This document shows, in pieces, positions 36,911-49,616 of a DNA stretch of 64,000 bases (position 1 is its first letter; the number at the start of each line of letters is the position of its first letter). Both the position numbers and the translations under genes were made by a program. The stretch comes from the human T2T-CHM13v2.0 reference genome, Homo sapiens. The notes beneath the pieces are model-generated. The model searched no databases and was not told the origin of the DNA. It saw nothing but the letters and a program-made list of their open reading frames with translations. Location of the stretch: NCBI RefSeq assembly GCF_009914755.1, contig NC_060941.1. One strand, given 5' to 3'.

Positions 36911-38884
36911 ACACAAGTGTGGGAACCAATGGTCACTGAGAGGGGCCAGTCTCCTGCTTCCAGGACACACCTGTTCCCCAGGTCTGCAGGATGCCTTCAG
37001 AAGAGCCCTCTTAGATACAGCTCCCTTCCTGGTCCAGCCAGATGTGTGTTTGAGGGGTGGTGAGAACAAGTGTAAAGGAATTAATGAGTCCATATGTCAA
37101 TTTTTGGCCAGGAATAAATGCACACAGTAAATGCACAAACGTCTAGTTTTCCAACCCTGAGGGAGAAGGAAAAAAGACACCTGAAAAACACCAGCAATGG
37201 AGAGATGAAATTCAATTCCAAACTAAAAATACACATAATTTATCATTATCTAGAAGGAGATTGGGTGAAGGCCATTAGCGGGTATTTTCTGGTTGATGCT
37301 GCTCTCAACAGCATGAGTGGCGAGCCAGAAGGGTTACTGCCCTACATTTCCCTTTGCTGCAGTTACGCAGCAACAACTCCAATGCACAGAAGGCCCCATG
37401 CTGCTTCCTCCCACCAGAAATGATTTCCCATTATCTAGTGGCTGGTGGGTAGAGGGCATCAGGGCTCCAAAGGTACCAGCCTCCTGAGGGGCAAAGCCAC
37501 CTCTATTTCTCAGAAAAAGAACTTAAACCCAGCAGGGCTGCTGCAGACAGACTACCCCGGGGGCAGGGGCCCAGGGGTGGTAGCGGGGATGGAGTACTTT
37601 TCCACAGCGTCCTGGCATCCTGGGTCTGCCCAGGAAACTCTAGGGGCTTGGGCTTGGTGGAGAGGAAGCAGGAGCCTCCAGGATGACTGTGGCTGTCCCC
37701 ACCTGTCCACTTCCTGGGATGCAAGGAGGCTTTGCAGAAGAATGTAAGTGCTGTTGCCCTGACAGGCAGATGTGAATCGGAACTAACCTCAGAATACAGG
37801 GGAAGAGCCCAAGAGAGGAAGTGGCAAGTTTCATGTACGCCAACATCCTGGAGCACCTGCTGCATGCCAGGCACTGGGGACACAGTAAGGAATGGGACAG
37901 AGTTCCTGCCCTCGTGTTGCACGCAACCCAACAGCCACCTGGTCAAGCTGCCACAGATGTGTTCACTCATCGGTAAGGACCAGGATGCAGCCTAGCTGTT
38001 GGGTGGCAAGGACACCTGGCTCCTGGAGCTGCCATGATCCCAAATGACCTTCATCCCAGTCTCCAGGATGCTGGCTGCATTTCTCTTCCTGTTCTTTCCT
38101 GACAGTCTGGCTGCTCCCAGATCCCCATGAGGTTTCTGTCTTCGTATTGCCTTGTCTGTCCATAAACCCCATTACATGAAATAGCCTGTGTCAGCCTCCG
38201 GGCCTAACAACCTAAAGCACCTCTTATCAGCTGTAGGTCAATCCCTTAAAATGCTGTTATGAAGACAAAATGAAAACCAGTCAACAAAAATGAAGAGTTG
38301 AAGGCAGCAAGTAAATTCAGCAAATGGACCCTTTGGAGGACTGGCCATGGGGTGCACTGGATTTCAGGAAAATGACCTTTGGGAAATTGGGCTACCTCAC
38401 CTCAAGCTCCATGGAGCCCCAGGTCGCTTTTGGTCTTGGGCAAAGTCTCTTCTGGAAGCCAGGCAGGTGCTCTGTTCCTCACTCAGCCCCACACCCTGTG
38501 GCTTCCCAGAAAAGACCTCATTCCAGCTGTAGATTATACCCAGCCTTGACTCACTGAAGAAGTTCAGAAAAGACTTTGGAGCCTCGAAGAATGGAAAGGG
38601 GAAGGAAGAGATGCCTGAGAGGACAGCCTGTGAATACTGTCCCCCAGCACCTATTTAAGCCACGCAGTGGCACCTCCTCCCCACAACAGCAGCCCCCAGA
38701 GAAAGCTCCAGCTGTCCCCAGCCCTTCTTTTCCTGCCTGATCACGCAGGGCTGTCAGGGCACCGGTTGGAGATGAGGGACAAGCCAGGGTGCGCACCTGG
38801 CCCACTAACAAGTCATCCCCCTCTCTGTGCAATGACAACCCTTGTCCTATGAATTACGTTTTTTTTTTTTAATAGCTTTTGACA

Positions 38885-39282
38885 AATGGGGTACGTATAC
38901 ACCATGGAATACTATGCAGTCATAAAAAGGAATGAGATCATGTCCTTTGCAGGGACATGGATGAAGCTGGAAGCTGTTATTCTCAGCAAACGAATGTAGG
39001 AGCAGAAAACCAAATACCGCATGTTCTCACAAGTGGAAGCTGAACAATGAGAACACATGGACATGGGCGGGGGGGGGGGGGGGGCCTGTTGGGAGTTGGG
39101 ATGGGGAAAGAGAGAGCATTAGGAAACATAGCTAAAAAGAAAATAGCCAATGCATGCTGGGCTTAATATCTAGGTGGTGGGTTGACAGGTGCAGCAAACC
39201 ACCATGGCACACATTTACCTACATAACAAACCTGCACATCCTGCCCATGTACTCCACAACTAAAAATTACAATTAAAAAATA
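38885..39282 (+). mobile_element. 5'-truncated L1PA 3' end (~400 bp)
   Basis: CACCATGGAATACTATGCAG, GGACATGGATGAAGCTGGAA, GCAGCAAACCACCATGGCAC; perfect TSD AATAGCTTTTGACA (38871, 39283). Confidence 0.93.
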
Positions 39283-39759
39283 AATAGCTTTTGACACCTG
39301 GTACTGCTCGTCACAATTAGTCCTAAGAGTCCCCAAACTCCAGCCAGTGGTATCCCTAATTATTGGTGAATTATTGAACACCAGTAATTCACTCTGCTTT
39401 CCTGAGCTCAATCTTTGAGGGCAGGAGATGGCAAAGGTCTAGGAAATGACTTAAGAATCCCGAAGGAGACCCAATCTGACCCCCTGCCAAGCCTCCCAAG
39501 TCTACCGTGATCAAGTTCCTGCTCTCACCTCCTCCCTGAGACTGCCTGGCCAGGGGTCATGGCAGCTGCCAGCTGCTGGGTAGAACAGAACCTTCCAGCC
39601 CTTTGACCCCACTCACCTGTTCTAAAAGGGAGCAGACGCAGTGTTCTCTCTCCCTGCTTCTCGCAAGGTCACGTGATCCCATTTCCACCCCTCTAGCTGC
39701 TCCCTCCTCGTTGTCTTTCTTTGAAAGAAAAAAAAAAAAGCAACCTTAATGAGGTATAA

Positions 39760-40700
<941 letters not shown>

Positions 40701-42671
40701 TTCACATCATCCAGCAGCTCCAGTGCCTGGGGTAAGGTCCAGTCCCCATGCTAAGGCTCTGCTGCCAGGTGTTTGGCTGAGGTCCCCTTGTCACCTTTGG
40801 AAATGCAACAGTTGTGGGTGGCCCCAGTCTCTGTCCCAAGAACATCAGCCCAGACCCTTGGTCAGAAAAGACTCAGAACAGATTCAGAGAAGCCACCAGT
40901 TCTCTCTGCCTCACAGTGTCCCACTGGGTCTGCCAAGTCTAATTCCGAATTGTATGAACTGACCACTGGTTTGGGCATCGACTCGTCCAAGCTTCAGAGA
41001 CAAACAGCACAGGTTTCTGGGGCCCTCACCGCGCTGTAGCTCCCTTACCTCATCCACGTGCCGGGACTAATCGACAGCTTAGCCTCCCCACTCTCACCGG
41101 TTGCATTAAGACAGAGAGAGAGCAGCTGGCTTTGCATCTCCAATGGGTTAAAAAAGAGAAGGCAATTCCATTTACAAAATAGGATTACAATTTTGCAGAA
41201 TCCTGCTGGGGCCTGGGGGAAACTTTGAAAACACATTCATTTTGTTTCATCCTTATCAGAGCCACCTGCTCTCCCTTCCCCCACACCAGCCATCTTGATT
41301 ACTCAGAGACCAAGGCATGAGCAGGAGCTGCTGGTACCCCAGCCTGCAAAGGTGTCGCTGGGGCTCCTCAGCCATTTGGACTCCTGGCTGGGAGGCTCAC
41401 GTCCTCGGTCAATAAAGTGCCCCTCTGGAGAGACAGAGGCACCAGCAGCTTTCCCACCACAGCAGGCCTGCTGAGACCTTGGCCCCTCCCCGAGACCTCC
41501 ACAGAACCCTGAACCTACAACTGAGGAGGAATTGATCTTCCTCTGAAACTGTTTGTCTACAGGAAAAAAGAAACAAGCCAAAGAAAAGCAAGGGCAAGGG
41601 AATCAAGTTATTGCGACAGGTGTTCGGGCTCCCGAAATAATAAACATGTTGGGTAAGTTGCAGTCTCACTGTGGAAGGACTCATCTTGATGCAAAGCCTT
41701 TCTTCCCTGCACCAGAGGGGGAAAAAAACCATAGTAAACAGGAGGTGGGGGAAATCAATTCCTCATGCACGTTGCTCATTGAATGAGGGAATCTCAACCC
41801 AACTCTGTCCTTTCCTGTCTTCTATTAACTTTGTCAATTTCCCACCTCCTGAGTTGCTGGCTTTGCATGATGAGGTGGGTGAAGGTTTGGGGAGGTGAGC
41901 TGGAGAAAGTTGATGGCCCCTTGGGCTGGGCCATGGCCTTTTAACTCTATTATGTTGGGATGGGGGGCTTTGTCTCCAGATTGGCTGCAAGAAATCACAG
42001 AAAATGAGGGACCTTAGAGAGCACCTATTTCAACCACCTTATTTTACAGATTAGGAAAATAAATCTCGGGGAGTTTAAGGTCTCACCCAAGGTTGTTTAG
42101 CCATGAGCCACAGAGGCAGCCCATAAAAGAGCTAAATGAATGGCGAGTCCAGTGGGCAGGTACTGCCCCGGAGCAGAGGGAAGCGCTTCTGCAGCTCCTT
42201 GGATTTTGTTGCCTGAGGTCGAATAAAGAACTCTTAAAGGGATAATGGCTCAGTAACTCAGGTGCTAAAGTAATGGAAGCGAGAGGGAAGATCACCTCCT
42301 GACTCTCAATCTCTGGGGGACAGGGGGCGGTGGGAACGAGAAAGAATTGATGGGGGCCTCCTCCTGTGTCCCTGAACAAACAGAGCACTTGCAAGAAAAG
42401 TGCTTAGGAACTAATCACCCCTACGAGTGGGAGGGGTGCCCTTCAGATGGTAAATCTCCCCATTACCAAGGACGCTTCCTTTATTGTGGATTCGCAGTCT
42501 CCTCAGAGAAGCATCCAAGGAGCTTGGCATCTCCCTTGCTCCTGGTGAGACCGGAAGGCAGGCTGGTCCCCAGCTCTTCAGAGTGGAGCTGGGAAGAGCT
42601 GCAGCTGCCCCAACGCTGGGAAGTCACCAGTCCTTAGGGTTGCTACGTTTAGCAGATGAAAATTCAGGATG

Positions 42672-42974
42672 GGCCAGGTGTGATGGCTCACACCTGTAAT
42701 CCCAGCACTTTGGGAGGCCGAGGCAGGTAGATCACCTGAGGTCAGGAGTTCGAGACCAGCCTGGCCAACACGGTGAAACCCTGCCTCTACTAAAAATACA
42801 AAAATTAGCTGGGCGTGGTGGTGGGTGTCTGTAATCCCAGCTGCTCCGGAGGCTGAGGCAGGAGAATCACTTGAACCCGGGAGGCAGAAGTTGCTGTGAG
42901 CCAAGATCACGCCACTGCACTCCAGCCTGGGTGACAGAGCAAGACTCCATCTCAAAAAAAGAAAAAAAAAAAAA
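42672..42974 (+). mobile_element. AluSx, full length
   Basis: GATCACCTGAGGTCAGGAGTTCGAGACCAGCCTGGCCAAC, poly-A. Confidence 0.95.
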
Positions 42975-43141
42975 GACATAACAGCCAGGTAAATCTGAAA
43001 AACAGCTCTAACTGCCTAACTTGTAATGTTTTGGTGAGAGACAGCTAAATAATATTTAGGGTGTTCCAACAGGGTCAATATGGGTCAAAGGACAACATCT
43101 GTTAGCTCAGAAGAAATCTGTCAGCACAGAGCATATGCGTT

Positions 43142-43432
43142 GGCCGGGCACGGCGGCTCATGCCTGTAATCCCAACACTTTGGGAGGCCAAGGTGGGAGA
43201 ATCGCTTGAGCACATTTCAAAAATCAGCCTGGACAACATAGGGATATCCCTGTCTCTACAAAAATAAAAAAAAAAATGAGCCACGCCTGGTGGCACGTGC
43301 CTGTGGTCCCAGCTACTTGAGGGGCTGAGATGAAAGGATTGCTTGTTGAGATCAAGGGTGCAGTGAGCCGTGATCACGCCACCGCATTCCAGCCTGGGAG
43401 ACAGAGCAAGACCCTGTCTCAAACAAAAAAAA
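43142..43432 (+). mobile_element. AluJ
   Basis: GGATTGCTT, GCAGTGAGCCGTGATC, AGACCCTGTCTC. Confidence 0.9.
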
Positions 43433-43877
43433 TGTGTATACACAGGGCCCCTGGCCACCGTCCCCGCTCGAAACCCCACGCAAGTGTGTGGGAAGTGCCC
43501 TGCCCCACACACAGTAATCTGTCTGCTCCTCCCAGGGTGAACTCCGTATGAATGACAGCCTGGCAGTCTGTGTGTGCTTCCCCACTAGGGTAGGGGCCCA
43601 GAAAAGGGCTCTCCAAAGTGGGCTGATAACATTTTGGACTGTTAAGTCTTTTCATCCTAGGGGGCCTTCCTGGTGGAAGCAGGCTTCAAAGAAAGATTTA
43701 TGTACACCACAGAGCTCCAGCATCTCCTACATTTAAAAGTCTGGGACACTCTCAAAGGACCAAATAAGTTGCATTGGAACAAAAGTGACAAACAGGAAGG
43801 CGGGATAGGTAGGGGGCGGGTAGTGCCATGGGGCTTGGACACTGTGGCTGGCAAGTCATTTCACCCTTCTGAAACTG

Positions 43878-43995
43878 GTTTTTTTAATTTTATAGTTAAA
43901 GGATCTTGTTATGTTGCCCAGGCTGATCTCAAACACCTGGGTTCAAGCGATCCCCCTGCTTCGCCTCCCAAAGCGCTGGGATTCCACTGGCCGGC
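43878..43995 (-). mobile_element. FLAM-like Alu monomer
   Basis: TATGTTGCCCAGGCTG..CAAGCGATCC..CTCCCAAAGCGCTGGGATT. Confidence 0.75.
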
Positions 43996-44098
43996 TTGAA
44001 ACCCTCTTATTTGTGGGATGAAGACTGCCCAGCCCACAGGTTGTTTTGAAGATCACATGGGGTGATGGAAATAAAAATGCTTTCAAATAGCAAGCTGC

Positions 44099-44376
44099 GG
44101 CCGGGCACAGTGGCTCACGCTGTAATCTCAGCACTTTGGGAGGCTGAGGCGGGTGGATCACGAGGTCAGGAGATCTCTCGAGACCATACTGGCTAACACA
44201 GTGAAACCCCATCTCTACTAAACAAAAATAGAAAAATTAGCCAAGCGGCTACTCGGAGGCAGAAGAATGGCGCGAACCCGACAAGCGGAGCTTGCAGTGA
44301 GCCAACATGGCGCCACTGAACTCCAGCCTGGGCGACAGAGCAAGACTGTCTCAAAAAAAAAGTAAAAAAAAATAAA
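44099..44376 (+). mobile_element. AluY with internal deletions
   Basis: GGCTAACAC, GAATGGCG, GGAGCTTGCAG; lacks the start of the right arm; perfect TSD AAATAGCAAGCTGC. Confidence 0.9.
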
Positions 44377-44574
44377 AATAGCAAGCTGCTACAGAATGGA
44401 ATATAAGCTCCTAATAAAATTGGACATGACCTGACACCGAGTACCAAGCTAAACACTTCACGTGCTTTATCTCAGCGCCTCTCAGTTAATCTCATCGTCA
44501 CATGCCTATGGGGCCAATCCATAACTTCTTCACTTTGCATCTGTGGAGCTCAGAGGTCTTGTACGGCCTGGCCC

Positions 44575-45096
44575 CACAGTCGGTAAATGAAACACAGACC
44601 CTGGCCGGGTGCGGTGGCTCACACCTGTAATTCCAGCACTCTGGGAGGCCAAGGCAGGCAGATCACGAGGTCAGGAAATTGAGACCATCCTAGCTAACAT
44701 GGTGAAACCCGGTCTCTACTAAAAATACAAAAAAATCAGCCAGGCATGGTGGTGGGCGCCTGTAGCCCCAGCTACTTGGGAGGCTGAGGCAGGAGAACGG
44801 CGTGACTCCGAGGTGGAGCTTGCAGTGAGCCGAGATGGAGCCCCCACACTCCAGCCTGGGAGACAGAGTGAGACTCTTGTCTCAAAAAAAGACCCTGATT
44901 CCAAACCCGGTGTTCATTCATTCCTTGTTCAACAACGATTCAGCAAATGTTTGCTGCCATCAGCAGAGTTCAGGGTATCAAAAAGAAAGCAGTGGATGGG
45001 AGACACCCACTCTTGCTCTCATAAAACTCAGTCTATTAGAACCATCACCACAGGAGAAAGGATAATTTTCCAAGCATTTACAAGGCACCAAGGACC
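44575..45096 (+). repeat. Dispersed duplication, copy 1 (interrupted by AluY)
   Basis: Colinear with 49387-49616 once the Alu is removed; about 20 mismatches in 200 bp by hand. Confidence 0.93.
44603..44890 (+). mobile_element. AluY with very short tail
   Basis: GCTAACATGG, GGCGTGA, GGAGCTTGCAG; TSD AGACCCT. Confidence 0.92.
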
Positions 45097-45346
45097 GTGC
45101 TAGGTACTTTCCATGATATAGGAACTAATGTTATTCCCATTATTTCAATGAAAACCGAAATTCAAAAAGGCGAAATGATAAACCCAGGTCACACAGCTAC
45201 GGTGGAGCTTGGATTTGAACCCAAGTCCTGGACTCCAGAGGCCTTATTCTCCCTTGCTGCTACGCTAGAGAAACAAAAAGCTTTCATTGTGATGATTTAA
45301 AGCTTAACCCTCACTATAAGGATAGTGACCCCATATATTACCATGT

Positions 45347-46610
45347 TGTGTCTGGAATTTGTGGATTCTTGGTCTTACTAACCTCAAGAATGAAGCCGTG
45401 AACCCTCGCACTGAGTATTACAGTTCTTAAAGGCGGCGTGTCCGGAGTTTCTTCCTTCTGGTGGGTTAGTGGTCTCGCTAAGCTTCAAGAGTAAAGCTGC
45501 AGACCTTCATGGTGAGTGTTACAGCTCATAAAGGCAATATAAACCCAAAGTGAGCAATAGCAATATTTATTGCAAAATAGTGCAGAGTGAAAGAACAAAC
45601 CTTCCACAGCACAGAAAGATAACCAAACGGGTTGCTACCGCTAGCTCCGGCAGCCTGCTTTTATTCTCTTATCTGGCCCCACCCACATCCTGCTGATTGG
45701 TCCATTTTACAGAGAGCCCATTGGTCTGTTTTACAGAGAGCTGATTGGTCCGTTTTGACAGGGTGCTGATTGGTGCGTTTACAATCCCTGAGCTAGACAC
45801 AAAAGTTCTCCACATCCCCACTAGATTAGCTAGATACACAGTGTCGATTGGTGTATTTACAAACCCTGAGCTAGACACAGAGTGCTGATTGGTGCATTTA
45901 CAAACCTTGAGCTAGATACAGAGTGCCGATTGGTGCATTCACAATCCCTGAGCTAGACATAAAGATTCTCCAAGTCCCCACCAGATTCAGGAGCCCAGTT
46001 GGCTTCACCCAGTGGAGCCGCCTGCCCGCCCGGCGCCGTTCGCCCGCACTCCTCAGCCCTTGGGCGGTAGATGGGACTGGGCGCAGCGGAGCAGGGCGCG
46101 GCGCTTGTCAGGGAGGCTCGGACCGCGCAGTAGCCCACGGCGGGGGCGGGGGCGGGGGCGAGGGCAGGGGCGAGGCTCAGGCATGGCAGGCTGCAGGTAC
46201 CGAGCCCTGCCCCGCGGGGAGGCAGTTAAGGCCCTGCGAGAAATCGAGCGCAGCGCCGGTGGGCCAGCACTGCTGGAGGACCCGACGCACCCTCCGCAGC
46301 TGCTGGCCCGGGTGCTAAGCCCCTCACTGTCGGCCGGCCGCTCCGAGTGCGGGACCCGCCAAACCCACGCCCGGGGAACTCTACCAGCAAGCGCTGTGCG
46401 CAGCCCCGGTTAGCCCCCGTGCCTCTTGCTCCACACCTCCCCGCAGCCTGAGGGAGCCGGCTCCAGCCTCCACCATCCCAGGAAGGGGCTCCCACAGTGC
46501 AGCAGCGGGCTGAAGGGCTCCTCAAGCGCGGCCACAGTGGGCGCCGAGGCCGAGGAGGCACCAAGAGCGAGCGAGGGCTGTGAGGGCTGCCAGCATGCTG
46601 TCACCTCTCA
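45347..46610 (-). mobile_element. LTR12C-like (ERV9) solo LTR, 1264 bp
   Basis: Ends TGTGTCTGGAATT and GCTGTCACCTCTCA; tandem GCTGATTGGT/CCTGAGCTAGA repeats; CpG-rich U3; perfect 4-bp TSD ATGT. Confidence 0.95.
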
Positions 46611-48164
46611 ATGTCAGGTTTTCAGAGTCTAAGTTTGTGAAATTTAGAAAGAAGAGGAGAATCGCTGGGTATAGATGTAAAACAATGCTTTGTAGGAAGG
46701 ATCTAACATTTTCTTTCAGGATGAGGGCAGGAGTGCGTATCTGAGGCTTTGGCTCAAAGACAAAGAGGGAGAGAGAGGGCTTCACCTCATGATCTACAAC
46801 ATTTCCACGATGTACCACCGCGTCCCGGCTCCCCGATCCCCTTGGAAGAATTCGTTCTCTCGGTCAGAGCGACCTCGCACGCTGATCGGTCGAGGGACCC
46901 GCCATGCTCAGGGCTCAGCACCCCCGAGTTAAGGAGACAAGAGCAGCCATCTCCCGGCCCCCAAGCACCCGGACTCACACCCGCCTCTGCTGCGACTTCA
47001 CCAAGGAAGGAAAAATGGCTCGAAATGCCTGTACATTAAGAAGCGTATAATTATGCATAATAAAAAGACGCCGGCCCTTGTGTATATAAACACAGCTTTG
47101 ACTGAGTGCCTTCTCCCAGGCAGCCCTTCTGGCTCTCAACAGCAGCAGTGGAACATCTTAAACATATGGTCGCCATCCAGGCCTCCAGGCAGATCTGAAC
47201 TGGGGAGGGGGTGGGGGCAGGGGCAGGCGGGAGGTGGAGACGGGACGGGGATACAGGAAAATCAGGAGATGGTTGTTTGGGGAAGAGGGTTACACGGAGA
47301 GCTGGTGGGCCAGGGGTCAGACATTTACAATCAGGACATAATCTGTGACCTGCCACCCCAAGTTGAGCTGTCTTTCTCTCTCCCTCCTCTGCCCCAGGCT
47401 CAATTTGCCCCCAAAGACAATAATAGGGAGTTCTGCCACCTGTCTCCGGGGAGCGGGAAGGAGAGCTGCTGAGTGGCAGGAATATTTCCTGGTTTTGATT
47501 TGGGGATCCTCTCATTTCTGTTTGCACTGATTTCAGCACCTGTCACCTGCAAGGCGCTGAGTAGGCAAGGAGGGAATCCCCCAGTGGATAAGCCACTTCC
47601 GATGGTGTAGCAGTTCAACAGGTGATCAAAGACACCCCCAATTTCAGTCAAGCTCCCAACCTTGGGTTCTCCAGCCTCAAGCTTTGCCTGGCCTGCCCAT
47701 CAGGGTGTGGTCTTGCTGCCAGCTGCTCCTGACCAGGGTGGTGAGTCTTCAGGCTGGTGCTCAGCCTCCCCCGGGCCAACCCGGAGTTTGTGCAGTGCCC
47801 CTCAGGCTCCTGGAGACCCCATGCTGCACCATGAAAGGGCCTGCTCACCACAGTAGAGGGCTCTGTTCCTAGCCTTCCCCACCATCACCGCCACCTCCCC
47901 ACACAATCCATCACTTCTCTGCAAAGCTGGACAGCGGAGCAAAGCTGGCTCCGAACTGGGAAGCTGGGGAGCCAGTGGAGCTGGTCTGCGCATCCTCCTT
48001 GGGCCGTCACTAGCAGGCCTGTCTCAGGCAGATCTGTGGTCCAGCTATGCTGTCGCTCTATTTGGGGTGGGGGGCGGTGAGGAGGAAGTGGATGCTGGAG
48101 GGGACAGTGCTTGGTCTCCTCATCCTGCAGCATATGTAGAGTCCTCTCCACACCCCAGACAAAC

Positions 48165-48620
48165 TGGAGATGCTGGTCCTGAAGCGAAGACTTGGGTGCA
48201 AGTGTTTTATTTGGGAGATGACCCCAGGAAGCAGGAGTGAGGGGCAGGAAGAGTGAGACTCGGAAGGGAGAAAAGCAAGGAGGGGTGCATTCTTGGGCTT
48301 GTCACTACTGTGGACAATGGGACTCAACCCCACTGGGACCCCTCTGCAAAGCCAGGCATGGGGTGCCTTGTAATGGTTCCTCTGGAAGACCGCAGACTAA
48401 GGCATTTTCCCACGGGCCCCTGCCCATGGGCTGAGGTTTGATTCTCCTGCTTTTCCAACTGCACCTGCAGGGACACTCCTTCCTGCTCCGGGGACAGCCC
48501 CAGGCAGAGACTCGGGGTGCACTTGAGGTTGGGAGATGGTTTCAGCATGCATGGACTGCCCCCCACAGCTACAGACAAATCAGAAGTGGGCGAGGCATGC
48601 AGACTCAGAGCACGGATGGG
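48165..48620 (-). mobile_element. Old ERVL-type LTR (LTR67B-like)
   Basis: GGGTGCAAGTGTTTTATTTGGGAGATGACCCCAGGAAGCA. Confidence 0.5.
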
Positions 48621-49207
48621 TGAGTGAATGAAGGAGTGAAAGAGTAACTTTAAGACAGTTTCAGGGCGTGGACCTGGGAGTGCAAAAGCAGCCTCCTCTC
48701 TGCCTGAGGATCACCTCTGTGTGAGCCTCAGCTTTGTCTCTGGAAAGGGGACGATGCAAAGCCACAGGCAGAGCATCACAGCCAGGACAGCAGGGATGCG
48801 CTAAGAGGGCACTAGGCTCTGGGAGCAGGAGAAATGGCTCAGGCAGGAGCTGCAACTCTCTGGCACCACGCTAAGGAGTTAGGACTCTATTTTCTACCAA
48901 TCACAGGCATGTGGGGACATCCTCCTACTAGCAAAGCCAGGAGATGTACAGTCTGTGGCTTGTGGGAGGCAGGCGTCAGGTCAGGGACAACCCCTGCCAA
49001 GGAGAGGTAACGCCCACATCCCCTCCACTCCCTCCACCCACACCTGCCCCTTGCTGTGCAGACACACCCTCATGCTGGCCGTGACAATGAGACCAAGAAT
49101 TAAGTCCCTGGGAGTCAGCAAAGTTTTCTAAGGAAAATGTGGAGATGATCTCATATTAGAAAAATCAGAGAGTTAACAAGAGAGCGTCTGGGAGGAGGGA
49201 AAGGAAT

Positions 49208-49386
49208 CAGTGTTTCTCAGCTAGCTGGCACCAGACTCCCAGGGCACTTGAAAGGTATTGGGCATTTTTCCTTTTTGCTATGACCGGGGAGGGCACTCCT
49301 GAATCAAGTGGGCATGAGAGGCATCCTGCGATACACACAACAGTCCCCCAGCAGCAAAGAGCGGCCCGCTCAGTCCAGGGGCCAGT
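49208..49386 (+). mobile_element. Degenerate MER20-like element, apparently truncated
   Basis: CAGTGTTTCTCA, GCATCCTGCGATACACACAACAGTCCCCCA..CAAAGA. Confidence 0.5.
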
Positions 49387-49616
49387 CACAGTTGGTAAAT
49401 GAAAGACAGACCCTGATTCCAAACCCAGTGTTCATTCATTCCTTTTTCAACAACGATTCAGCAAGTGTTTGCTGCCGTCAGTAGAGTTCAGGATATCAGA
49501 GAGGAAGCAGGGAATGGGAGACACCCACTCTTGCTCTCATAGAATTCACAGCCTATTGCAACCATAACCACAGAAGAAAGGATCATTTTCCAAGCATTTA
49601 CAAGGCACCAGGGACC
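49387..49616 (+). repeat. Dispersed duplication, copy 2 (no Alu)
   Basis: GGTAAATGAAAGACAGACCCTGATTCCAAACCC..TTTTCCAAGCATTTACAAGGCACCA. Confidence 0.93.

Noticed and set aside
45960-46610. CpG island suggesting a host gene promoter
   Set aside because: Lies wholly within the LTR12C U3 region
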